From the NCBI GenBank assembly GCA_035626435.1, contig DASPNQ010000209.1, positions 7,623-71,622 of the forward strand: a DNA stretch of 64,000 nt, in the 5' to 3' direction. The notes below the pieces were generated by a model. The model saw only the letters and a list, made by a program, of their open reading frames with translations, was not told the DNA's origin and did no database searches. Below are positions 16,504 through 24,755 of the stretch, one piece after another. Numbering within the stretch: position 1 is the stretch's first letter; each line of letters begins with the position of its first letter. The translations under genes and the position numbers were made by a program. The stretch comes from Vicinamibacterales bacterium. GTDB taxonomy: Bacteria > Acidobacteriota > Vicinamibacteria > Vicinamibacterales > UBA2999.

Positions 16504-17310
16504 ATGACGAGACGATTGGCAATTCTTTCGGCGGCGTTCGTGCTGACCGCGACCGTTGCATCCGCACAGGCCACGACGACCGGGCAGAAGCCGTTCGAGC
16601 CGCAGGTTGGCCAGGCCGGCAAGGACGTGGTCTGGGTGCCGACCCCGCAGGCGGTAGTCGACAAGATGCTCGACATGGCGCAAGTCACCAGTAGCGACAC
16701 GGTGATCGATCTCGGATCGGGCGACGGCCGCACGGTGATCACCGCCGCCAAGCGCGGCGCGCGTGCCTATGGCATCGAGTACAACCCGGACATGGTGGAG
16801 CTGTCGAAGAAGAACGCGGCGGCGGCGGGCGTCACCGATCGGGCGACGTTCATCCAGGCCGACCTGTTCGAATTCGTGAAGGGCGATCAGTTCAAGAACG
16901 CGACCGTCATCACGATGTTCCTGCTGCCGTCGATCAACATGAAGCTGCGGCCCACCATTCTCGATCTCAAGCCGGGCACGCGCGTCGCCTCGAACACCTT
17001 CACGATGGAAGACTGGCAGGCCGATGAGACGGCGACGGTCACCGACGGCTGCTCGAGCAGCTGGTGCACGGCGCTGTTCTGGATCGTGCCGGCGAAGGTT
17101 GCCGGCACGTGGAACACGCCCAACGGCGCGTTGACGCTGACGCAGAACTTCCAGATGCTGAGCGGCACGCTTGGCAACCAGGCCGTTCAGGGCCGCCTGC
17201 GCGGGAACGAGATCACGCTGACCGCCGGCAATCAGAAGTGGTCGGGCGTCGTCGACGGCAGCACGATCAAGTTCTCCGCGCCGTCGGCGATGACCGCCAC
17301 CAAGAAATAG
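16504..17310 (+). CDS. signal-peptide-bearing class I SAM-dependent methyltransferase-like protein
   Basis: ATG 16504 is preceded by GGAGA. N-terminus MTRRLAILSAAFVLTATVASAQ is Sec-signal-like. Motif I is VIDLGSGDGR, followed by GIEYNPDMV and FIQADLF. Paralogous to the 33680-34207 gene. Confidence 0.7.
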   Translation: MTRRLAILSAAFVLTATVASAQATTTGQKPFEPQVGQAGKDVVWVPTPQAVVDKMLDMAQVTSSDTVIDLGSGDGRTVITAAKRGARAYGIEYNPDMVELSKKNAAAAGVTDRATFIQADLFEFVKGDQFKNATVITMFLLPSINMKLRPTILDLKPGTRVASNTFTMEDWQADETATVTDGCSSSWCTALFWIVPAKVAGTWNTPNGALTLTQNFQMLSGTLGNQAVQGRLRGNEITLTAGNQKWSGVVDGSTIKFSAPSAMTATKK

Positions 17311-17422
17311 GTGCCAAAGTGCCAAGGTGCCAAGCGGTGCGACGGTGCCGCCTGGCACCTAGGTGTTGGCACTGTGGCACCCGCACCCCTTTGGCACCGT
17401 GGCACTTTTGGCACGTTGGCAC
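17311..17422. repeat. inverted pair of octamer arrays: (GTGCCAAN) x3-5 facing (TTGGCAC/TGGCAC) x7
   Basis: GTGCCA at 17311, 17319 and 17327, then GGTGCG and GGTGCC. Centre GGTGCC-GCCT-GGCACC (17344-17359). TGGCAC at 17353, 17367, 17375, 17392, 17400, 17409 and 17417. Starts 1 nt after the stop at 17310. Confidence 0.9.
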
Positions 17423-17648
17423 TTAGAATCCTGCAGAAACCAGCCTAATTCGACTGATTAGAACAATCGTTTAAGACGCGCGCCGATTCAGGTCTTGGCA
17501 CCGTTGTCTACGATTGTCTCGAAAGGTCTTATCTTCTTGCCCCATCTATGCTTACGGGCGATTGGGTGTATATTTTCCACAGGTTCAAGTAGGACGCCGA
17601 GACAGCACTTCGGGGTCCTTGTTCTTCGTGCGTTTGGGGATGTTCGAA

Positions 17649-20147
17649 ATGAAAAGCGCCGGCGTCATTTCCTTCGGCACCGTGGTCGCGTGCCTGGGAC
17701 TGGTCACTGTTCTCGCGGCCCAACAGGGCGCGCCCGTGGCGAAATCACCGGCGCCGGCGAAGCGTGTGACCGCGACGAAGCCCGCGGTGTCTCATCCCTC
17801 CGGGCCGGCGCCCGTCACGCGTGCGGCCGCTCCCGCCACTGACTACAACGCGCTGGTGAAGCAGTACTGCACGAACTGCCACAACGATCGCAACAAGGAT
17901 CGCGCCGGAAGCCTGACGCTCGCGTCGTTCGACATCGCAAAGGTCGGCCAGCATGCCGACGTTGCCGAGCGGATGATTCGCAAACTCCAGGCGAGCATGA
18001 TGCCGCCGCCGGGTATGCCGAGACCGGAGCCCGCGGTCTATCAGAGCTTCATTCGCGCGCTCGAAACCGGCGTCGACGCCTACGCGAAGGCGAATCCCAA
18101 TCCGGGCGGGCGGCCGTTCCAACGCCTGAATCGTCCGGAGTACGCGCGCGCGATTCGCGAGCTGCTCGCGCTCGAAGTCGATCCGGGCAAGTGGCTGCCG
18201 CTCGACACGATGAGCGCGAACTTCGACAACATCGCCGATGAACAGGCGCTGTCGCCAACCCTGCTCGAGGCGTATTTGAACGCTGCGGCCGATATCAGCC
18301 GCATGGCGGTCGGCGACAAGAGCGCGCCGTCGATCGACGTCACCTATACCAACCCGACCTACATGTCGCAGCACCCGTGGGATCACGTCGAAGGCGCGCC
18401 CTTCGGCACGCGCGGCGGCATCGTCGTCAACCACGTCTTTCCCGCTGACGGCGAATATCAATTCGAGATGACGTTCAACTCGGGCGAGAACACCCGCTTC
18501 GAGGACATCGACGTGTCGATTGACGGCCAGCGCGTCGCGCTCGTCGCCTACGAGCTGCTCAACATCGCCGGCGCGGACGGCCGCGGCCAGACGCCGCTGC
18601 GCACGGAACCGATTCTCGTGAAGGCCGGCCAGCGCAAGGTCGCGGCCGCGTTCATCAAGAAAATCGACGGGCCGTACGAGGATTTGATCCGCCCGCACGA
18701 ATGGTCGTACGCGGGCGGTGGTTCGGGCGGCGCCGGCATCACCACGCTGCCGCACATGGGCGACCTGATCATCCGCGGGCCGCTCAAGACCACCGGCATT
18801 TCGACGACGCCGAGCCGGCAGAAGATTTTTTCGTGCCGGCCGACCGCGGCCACCAACGAGAGTGCGTGCGCCCGACAGATCATCGCCAAGATCGGCGGCG
18901 AAGCGTATCGCCGTCCGCTGGCGCCGAATGAAGTCGAACGGCTGATGCCGTTCTACGACGCCGGCACCAAGAAGGGCGGCTTCGAGATGGGCGTGCGCTC
19001 GGCGCTCGAAGCGATCCTCGCCAGCCCGCATTTCATTTTCCGCATCGAGCGGGCGCCCACCGACGCCCGTTCGGGCGGCACCTACCGCCTGAGCGACATC
19101 GACCTCGCGTCACGGCTGTCGTTCTTCCTGTGGGGCTTGCCGCCCGACGAGGAGTTGATCGAGGCCGCGACCCGCCGCGAGTTGTCGACGCTTGCCGGCC
19201 TCGAGAAGCACGCGCGCCGCATGCTGGCCGATCCGCGCAGCCAGGCGCTCGCCGATCGTTTCGCGGCGCAGTGGCTGCGGCTGCAGGACGTCGACAAGGT
19301 TCACCCCGATCCGAACTTCTATCCGAACTTCGACGAGAACCTCGCCTCGGCGATGCGCACCGAGACGAAGATGTTCTTCAACAGCCTCGTCAAGGACGAC
19401 CGCAGCATCATCGAGCTGCTGACCGCGGACTACACCTTCGTCAACGAGCGGCTCGCCCGCCACTACGGCATCAACGGCGTCGTCGGCCGCGAGTTCCGCC
19501 GCATCACCTATCCGGATTCGACACGGCGCGGCATCCTCGGCCATGGCACGATGCTGGTGCAGACGTCGCTCGCGAATCGCACCTCGCCGGTACTGCGCGG
19601 CAAGTGGGTGATGGAAGTGCTGCTTGGCACGCCGCCACCGCCGCCGCCCCCAGACGTCCCGGATCTCGAGGCCGCGGGCGAATCGAAGGAAGGCCGCCTG
19701 CTGACGACGCGCGAGAAGATGGAAATCCATCGGAAGAATGCGACGTGCAACAGCTGCCACCGCTTCATGGATCCGATCGGCCTGGCGCTGGACAACTTCG
19801 ACGTCACCGCCAAGTGGCGCGTCCGCGAAAACGGCATGCCGCTCGACACCACCGGCGACTTCTACGACGGGTCGAAGGTGACGTCGCTGCCGGAGCTGGT
19901 CACACTGCTGGCCAAGCGGCCGACGCCGCTGGTGCGCAACTTCACCGAGAACCTGATGGCCTACGCGCTCGGCCGCCGCGTCGAGTACTTCGACCAGCCG
20001 GCGATTCGCGCGATTGCCAAGAACGCGGAAGCGGCGAACTACAAGATTTCGTCGTTCATCCTCGGCGTCGTCAAGAGCGACGCATTCAGGATGCGGCGGG
20101 TGGAACCAGACACGACAACGACCGAAACGAAGGCTAGTGGACGCTAA
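17649..20147 (+). CDS. DUF1592/DUF1588-family protein with N-terminal cytochrome c motif
   Basis: ATG 17649 is preceded by GGGGA (17640 also possible). Signal peptide, heme-binding CTNCH motif, a poly-Pro run (GTPPPPPPPDVPDLE) and a second CNSCH motif. Large architecture of the planctomycete/acidobacterial DUF1587-1592-1595-1588-1585 family, which is always paired with DUF1552. Confidence 0.8.
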   Translation: MKSAGVISFGTVVACLGLVTVLAAQQGAPVAKSPAPAKRVTATKPAVSHPSGPAPVTRAAAPATDYNALVKQYCTNCHNDRNKDRAGSLTLASFDIAKVGQHADVAERMIRKLQASMMPPPGMPRPEPAVYQSFIRALETGVDAYAKANPNPGGRPFQRLNRPEYARAIRELLALEVDPGKWLPLDTMSANFDNIADEQALSPTLLEAYLNAAADISRMAVGDKSAPSIDVTYTNPTYMSQHPWDHVEGAPFGTRGGIVVNHVFPADGEYQFEMTFNSGENTRFEDIDVSIDGQRVALVAYELLNIAGADGRGQTPLRTEPILVKAGQRKVAAAFIKKIDGPYEDLIRPHEWSYAGGGSGGAGITTLPHMGDLIIRGPLKTTGISTTPSRQKIFSCRPTAATNESACARQIIAKIGGEAYRRPLAPNEVERLMPFYDAGTKKGGFEMGVRSALEAILASPHFIFRIERAPTDARSGGTYRLSDIDLASRLSFFLWGLPPDEELIEAATRRELSTLAGLEKHARRMLADPRSQALADRFAAQWLRLQDVDKVHPDPNFYPNFDENLASAMRTETKMFFNSLVKDDRSIIELLTADYTFVNERLARHYGINGVVGREFRRITYPDSTRRGILGHGTMLVQTSLANRTSPVLRGKWVMEVLLGTPPPPPPPDVPDLEAAGESKEGRLLTTREKMEIHRKNATCNSCHRFMDPIGLALDNFDVTAKWRVRENGMPLDTTGDFYDGSKVTSLPELVTLLAKRPTPLVRNFTENLMAYALGRRVEYFDQPAIRAIAKNAEAANYKISSFILGVVKSDAFRMRRVEPDTTTTETKASGR

Positions 20148-20159
20148 AGGGAGAAGCCG

Positions 20160-21575
20160 ATGAATTTCCTGACTGGCAAGCAGATGGAACGCCGCAAGTT
20201 CCTGCGCGGCGCGATGGGCGCCGCCGTGGCGTTGCCGTTCCTCGACGCGATGGTGGCCGCGAAAGGTGTCGGCAAGGCGGCGGTCGCGGGCGCGGATCGG
20301 ACTCGATTCATCGCCATCGAAGAGGTCCACGGCCTCGCCGGCTGCAACAAGTGGGGCGCGACCAAGCACCTGTTCGCGCCGGCGGAAGTCGGCTCGAACT
20401 TCACGTTCGCGCCGGACAGCGCGCTCGCCTCGCTCGAGCCGTATCGTCAGCACTTGACGATCGTCTCGAACACTGACGTGCGCATGGCCGAGGCGTTTAC
20501 CGCGCCAGAGATCGGCGGCGATCACTTCCGATCGAGCGCGGTGTTCCTGACCCAGGCGCATCCGAAGCAGACGCAGGGATCGGACATCTGGGCCGGCACG
20601 TCGTTCGATCAGCTCTACGCGCAGAAGTACGGGCAGGAAACGCCGATGCCGTCGATGCAGTTCTGCATCGAGAACCTCGACCAGGCCGGCGGCTGCACCT
20701 ACAACTATTCGTGCGCCTACACGGACTCGATCAGCTGGGCGTCGCCCAACGAGCCGCTGCCGATGATCCGCGATCCGCGCGTCGCGTTCGACATGCTGTT
20801 CGGTTCCGGATCGTCGAAGCAGGATCGCGCCGACCGCCGCGTCACCCGCCGCAGCATCCTCGACTGGGTGCAGGGCGAGGTCGCGACGATCAAGCGCGAG
20901 CTCGGCCCCGGCGATCGCACGCGGCTCGACCGCTACCTCAGCTACGTGCGCGAGATCGAGCGCCGCATCCAGGCGATCGAAGCCCGCAACACCAGCGGCG
21001 AAGAGCGCGCCCTGCCGGACGCGCCGGCCGGCGTGCCCGACTCGTTCTCCGAACATATGCGCCTGATGTTCGACCTGCAGGTGCTCGCGCTGCAGACCGA
21101 CATGACGCGCATCATCACCTTCAAGACCGGCCGCGACTCACAGAACCGCGTGTTCCCCGAAAGCGGCTCCCTCCAGCCGTTCCATCCTGCGTCGCATCAC
21201 GGCGACCGCGAGGATCGGATCATGGAGTTCAACAAGATCACGAAATACCGCGTCAGCCAGGTCACCTACCTGGTCGACCGCCTGAAGGAAATCACCGAAG
21301 GCGACAAGACGCTGCTCGACAAGACCATGGTGGTGTGGGGCTCGCCGATGGCGGACCCGAACGTGCACAACCATCGCCGGTGCCCGCTGTTCCTGCTCGG
21401 CCACGCCAATGGCGCGCTGAAGGGCAACATGCATATCCGCGCCGCTGCCGACACCCCGATGGCCAACGCCTTCCTGACGATGGGCCACATGCTCGGCATG
21501 GATGACATGAAGCAGTTCGGCGATTCGACCGGCGAGCTGTCGCTCAACCAGGCGTCGCCGACCACCGCCGCCTGA
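20160..21575 (+). CDS. DUF1552 domain protein (Tat signal)
   Basis: SD GGGAGAAG. N-terminus MERRKFLRGAMGAAVALPFL is a twin-arginine signal. 471 aa, immediately downstream of the DUF1592 gene, which is the conserved pair. Confidence 0.8.
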   Translation: MNFLTGKQMERRKFLRGAMGAAVALPFLDAMVAAKGVGKAAVAGADRTRFIAIEEVHGLAGCNKWGATKHLFAPAEVGSNFTFAPDSALASLEPYRQHLTIVSNTDVRMAEAFTAPEIGGDHFRSSAVFLTQAHPKQTQGSDIWAGTSFDQLYAQKYGQETPMPSMQFCIENLDQAGGCTYNYSCAYTDSISWASPNEPLPMIRDPRVAFDMLFGSGSSKQDRADRRVTRRSILDWVQGEVATIKRELGPGDRTRLDRYLSYVREIERRIQAIEARNTSGEERALPDAPAGVPDSFSEHMRLMFDLQVLALQTDMTRIITFKTGRDSQNRVFPESGSLQPFHPASHHGDREDRIMEFNKITKYRVSQVTYLVDRLKEITEGDKTLLDKTMVVWGSPMADPNVHNHRRCPLFLLGHANGALKGNMHIRAAADTPMANAFLTMGHMLGMDDMKQFGDSTGELSLNQASPTTAA

Positions 21576-21588
21576 GGTTCGCATGGAG

Positions 21589-21607
21589 GCGGGTCTTCCG
21601 GACCCGC
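21589..21607 (+). terminator. intrinsic-terminator-like hairpin
   Basis: GCGGGTC-TTCCG-GACCCGC followed by TTCTCGTTT, 14 nt after the DUF1552 stop. Confidence 0.5.
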
Positions 21608-21643
21608 TTCTCGTTTGGACGATCGATTTTTCGGAGAGCCGAA

Positions 21644-23473
21644 ATGAAGCGTCAGTCTTTCTTTGCGTTGATGATCGCGCTCCTCATGACCGGTGCGATG
21701 AGCGCGCAGCAGGGTACCGTCGCGGATGCGGCGTCGCGCGGTGACAAGGCCGCGGTCCGACAGCTGCTGAAGGACGGTGCCGACGTCAACGGCGCGTTGG
21801 GCGACGGCATGAGCGCGCTGCATTGGGCCGCCGAGCGGGGCGATGCCGAGCTCGCGGAGATGTTGCTCTACGCCGGCGCCAACATCGGCGCAGTGACCCG
21901 GATCGGGCAGTACACGCCGCTGCATCTCGCGGCGCGCTCCGGCAACGCGCCGGTCGCCAAGGCGCTGATCAAAGCCGGCGCCGACGTCAATGCGAAGACG
22001 ACCACCAGCGGCGTCACACCGGTGCACCTGGCCGCCTCGTCCGGCAATGCCGAGATCATCACCGCGCTGGCCGACGCGAAGGCCGACCTCAACGCCAGGG
22101 AAAATGAAGCCGGGCAGACGCCGCTGATCTTCGCGGCCGGGTTGAATCGCGCCGAAGCGATAAAGACGTTGCTGGCGCGAGGCGCCGACCCGGCCGCCAC
22201 CACCAAAGTCATCGACATCGCCAAGTTCAGCGCGCTCGATCGCGCCGCGGCCGAAAAGCAGCGGGAGGTGATCAGCGCGTTCGTCGCGAAGGATTCCGAA
22301 GCCAAGGCGTCGCCGAGCCAGGTCGCCGCCGCAATCGAAGCCGGGCGGGAAATCGTGCGCTCCGGAAAGATTCCGGCGCGCGATCCAAATGCGCCCGTCG
22401 ATCCCAACGTGCGTAATTTCAATCCCGAAGAGATCAACCCGCCGGTGGCGACCAAGGGCGGCATGACCGCGTTGTTGCACGCCGCGCGGCAGGGATATCT
22501 CGAAGCGGCGACGGCGCTGCTCGACGGCGGCGCGAACATCGATCAAGTCAACGCCGGTGACGGCACCAGCCCGCTGCTCACCGCGGTCATCAACGGCCAG
22601 TTCGACATGGCGATGCTGCTGATCAAGCGCGGCGCCAATCCCAACATCGCGGCGAAGAACAACGGTGTGTCGCCACTGTGGGCGGCCGTCAACACGGTAT
22701 GGCAGCCGCGCACACGCTTCCCGCAGCCACAGGAGATGGAGCTGCAGAAGCACACCTATCTTGAAGTGATGCAGGCGCTGCTCGACAAGGGCGCCAACGT
22801 CAATCACCGCATCACCTCGCATCCGTGGTACCTGGTCTACACCGGCTGCGGCAACCGCAACTGCGGTCTCGCCGACACGACGGGCTCAACCGCCTTCTGG
22901 CGCGCCGCCTACGGCACCGACCTGATGGCGATGAAGTTATTGATGGCCTACGGCGCCGACCCGAACATTCCGACGATCGCCCCGCAGCAGCAGATTCGCC
23001 GCGGTGCCGGCGGCCAGCCGCAGGGCGCCGGCGGCGCGATCATCCCGACCGCGGACGCCGGGATGGAGAAGTACGACGCACCGCCGATTCCATACGGCGG
23101 GCCGGGCGCCTACGCCATTCACGCCGCCGCCGGCGTCGAGTACGGCGAAGGCTTCGCCGGCAACGCCCATCGTCATGCCCCGGATGCGTGGTTGAGCGTG
23201 ATGCGATACCTCGTCGAGGAGCTCGGTGCCGACGTCAACATGCGCGACAACGACGGCTACACGCCGCTGCATCACGCAGCCGCCCGCGGCGACAACGAGA
23301 TGATTCTGTATCTCGTGAGCAAGGGCGCGGACGTCAAGGCCGTGGCGCGCAGCGGTCAATCGACCGCCGACATGGCCAACGGCCCGGTGCAGCGCCTCTC
23401 GGCCATCCCCGAGACGATTGCGCTGCTGGTGAAGCTCGGCGCGAAGAACAACAATCGGTGCGTCACCTGCTAG
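21644..23473 (+). CDS. exported ankyrin-repeat protein
   Basis: SD GGAGAG and a signal peptide (FFALMIALLMTGAMSAQQ). Many copies of the ankyrin consensus (G.SALHWAAERGD..L...LL..GA, YTPLHLAARSGN, VTPVHLAASSGN, YTPLHHAAARGDNEMILYLVSKGADV). Confidence 0.85.
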   Translation: MKRQSFFALMIALLMTGAMSAQQGTVADAASRGDKAAVRQLLKDGADVNGALGDGMSALHWAAERGDAELAEMLLYAGANIGAVTRIGQYTPLHLAARSGNAPVAKALIKAGADVNAKTTTSGVTPVHLAASSGNAEIITALADAKADLNARENEAGQTPLIFAAGLNRAEAIKTLLARGADPAATTKVIDIAKFSALDRAAAEKQREVISAFVAKDSEAKASPSQVAAAIEAGREIVRSGKIPARDPNAPVDPNVRNFNPEEINPPVATKGGMTALLHAARQGYLEAATALLDGGANIDQVNAGDGTSPLLTAVINGQFDMAMLLIKRGANPNIAAKNNGVSPLWAAVNTVWQPRTRFPQPQEMELQKHTYLEVMQALLDKGANVNHRITSHPWYLVYTGCGNRNCGLADTTGSTAFWRAAYGTDLMAMKLLMAYGADPNIPTIAPQQQIRRGAGGQPQGAGGAIIPTADAGMEKYDAPPIPYGGPGAYAIHAAAGVEYGEGFAGNAHRHAPDAWLSVMRYLVEELGADVNMRDNDGYTPLHHAAARGDNEMILYLVSKGADVKAVARSGQSTADMANGPVQRLSAIPETIALLVKLGAKNNNRCVTC

Positions 23474-23540
23474 GTCGCGTTCGCCGTTCGGCGTTGGCCG
23501 CGCCAACTCTCGAGCGTCCCATTCCTACGAAGGAGCCCGT

Positions 23541-24707
23541 GTGCCTGAAATGACTCGTCGTGATGTGATCAAGACTGGCGTGGCAGCAGCAGCACTTGGT
23601 GCGGCTTCGAATTTCGACTGGATCCTGCCGGCGCTCGCGCAGGGGGAAGTCGTCGTTCCGTTCACCGACTCGCACCAGAATTTCAATCCGACGCCCGCGC
23701 CCGACCGCCGCTTGCTCGATACGCGGACGGTGAGCGGCCCGTTCACGCCGAAGGATCAGTTCTTCACCACGCAGCATTACGGTCACCCGGAGATCGATCC
23801 GGCGGCGTTCCGCTTGAAAGTCTCCGGTCTCGTCAATACCTCGCTGGCATTGTCACTGGACGATTTGCGCAAGATGGGCAACAGCGAGCTGATCGCCGGA
23901 TTCGAATGCTCAGGCAATCGCCGGCCGGTGCAAGGGTTGATCGGCAACGGCCGTTGGACGGGCGTGCCGCTCAAGACCGTGCTCGACAAAGCCGGTCTCA
24001 AGTCCAACGTCCAGGAAATCGTGTTCTTCGGCGCGGACCGCGGCAAGGAATCGGTCGCGTTCCGCGGCACGAACTACGACGTCGAGCAGCAGTATGGACG
24101 CAGCCTGCCGCGAGCGCGTGCGCTGGCCGCGGAGCCGGCGCCGTTTCTCGCCTATGCGCTCAACGGCGAGCCGTTGACCAAACATCAAGGCGCGCCGCTG
24201 CGTCTGATCGTGCCCGGCTGGTACGGCGCACCGAACGTCAAGTGGCTCTCCGAGATCGTCGCGCAGGAAGATCCGTACATGGGCAAGTTCCAGACGCACT
24301 GGTACCGGACGCTGAAGGGCGAAATGATCAACGGTGAGATGAAGTGGGTCGAGACCGGGATCACCCACCTCAATCTCAAGTCGTTCGTCGCGCGCGTCAC
24401 GAAGAATGGCGCCGCGCACAAAGCCACGGTAATCGTGCTCAACGACGGCACCCCGATCAAGAGCGTCGAAGTGCAGGTTGATGGCGGCGCCTGGCAGCCG
24501 GCAAAGCTGGATCCCGCGACCACCGCAAAGTATGGATGGAAGCTGTATCACTGGGATTGGCCGAACGCGGCGGCGGGCGAACACACCATCGTGTCGCGCG
24601 TCACCGACGCGACCGGCAAGGTGCAGCCGACCGAGAAGGAGCTCGAGAACAAGAAGACGTTCCTCGAGGACAACTCGCAGCATCCACGGAAAATCACGAT
24701 CGCGTAG
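23541..24707 (+). CDS. sulfite-oxidase-family molybdopterin oxidoreductase (SorA-like), Tat signal
   Basis: GAAGGAG lies 5 nt upstream of GTG 23541. MTRRDVIKTGVAAAALGAAS is a Tat signal. Has the FECSGNRR molybdopterin-binding cysteine motif and a C-terminal Ig-like dimerisation-domain pattern. Confidence 0.8.
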   Translation: MPEMTRRDVIKTGVAAAALGAASNFDWILPALAQGEVVVPFTDSHQNFNPTPAPDRRLLDTRTVSGPFTPKDQFFTTQHYGHPEIDPAAFRLKVSGLVNTSLALSLDDLRKMGNSELIAGFECSGNRRPVQGLIGNGRWTGVPLKTVLDKAGLKSNVQEIVFFGADRGKESVAFRGTNYDVEQQYGRSLPRARALAAEPAPFLAYALNGEPLTKHQGAPLRLIVPGWYGAPNVKWLSEIVAQEDPYMGKFQTHWYRTLKGEMINGEMKWVETGITHLNLKSFVARVTKNGAAHKATVIVLNDGTPIKSVEVQVDGGAWQPAKLDPATTAKYGWKLYHWDWPNAAAGEHTIVSRVTDATGKVQPTEKELENKKTFLEDNSQHPRKITIA

Positions 24708-24711
24708 CGGC

Positions 24712-24753
24712 GCGACGGCGGTCTCGCCGCCGCGCGCGGGTTTCGCGACCCGC
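24712..24753. terminator. two GC hairpins between convergent genes
   Basis: GCGACGGCG-GTCT-CGCCGCCGC (one mismatch) and GCGGGT-TTCGCG-ACCCGC (24736-24753) lie between the stops at 24707 and 24756. Confidence 0.35.
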
Positions 24754-24755
24754 TG

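Noticed and set aside
17353-17422. Sigma-54 promoter: repeated TGGCAC resembles the -24 element TGGCAC-N5-TTGCW
   Set aside because: None of the seven TGGCAC copies is followed at the correct 5-nt spacing by TTGC. The motif is explained by the inverted octamer arrays. The same applies to TGGCAC at 17489-17494 (followed by CGTTG-TCTAC).
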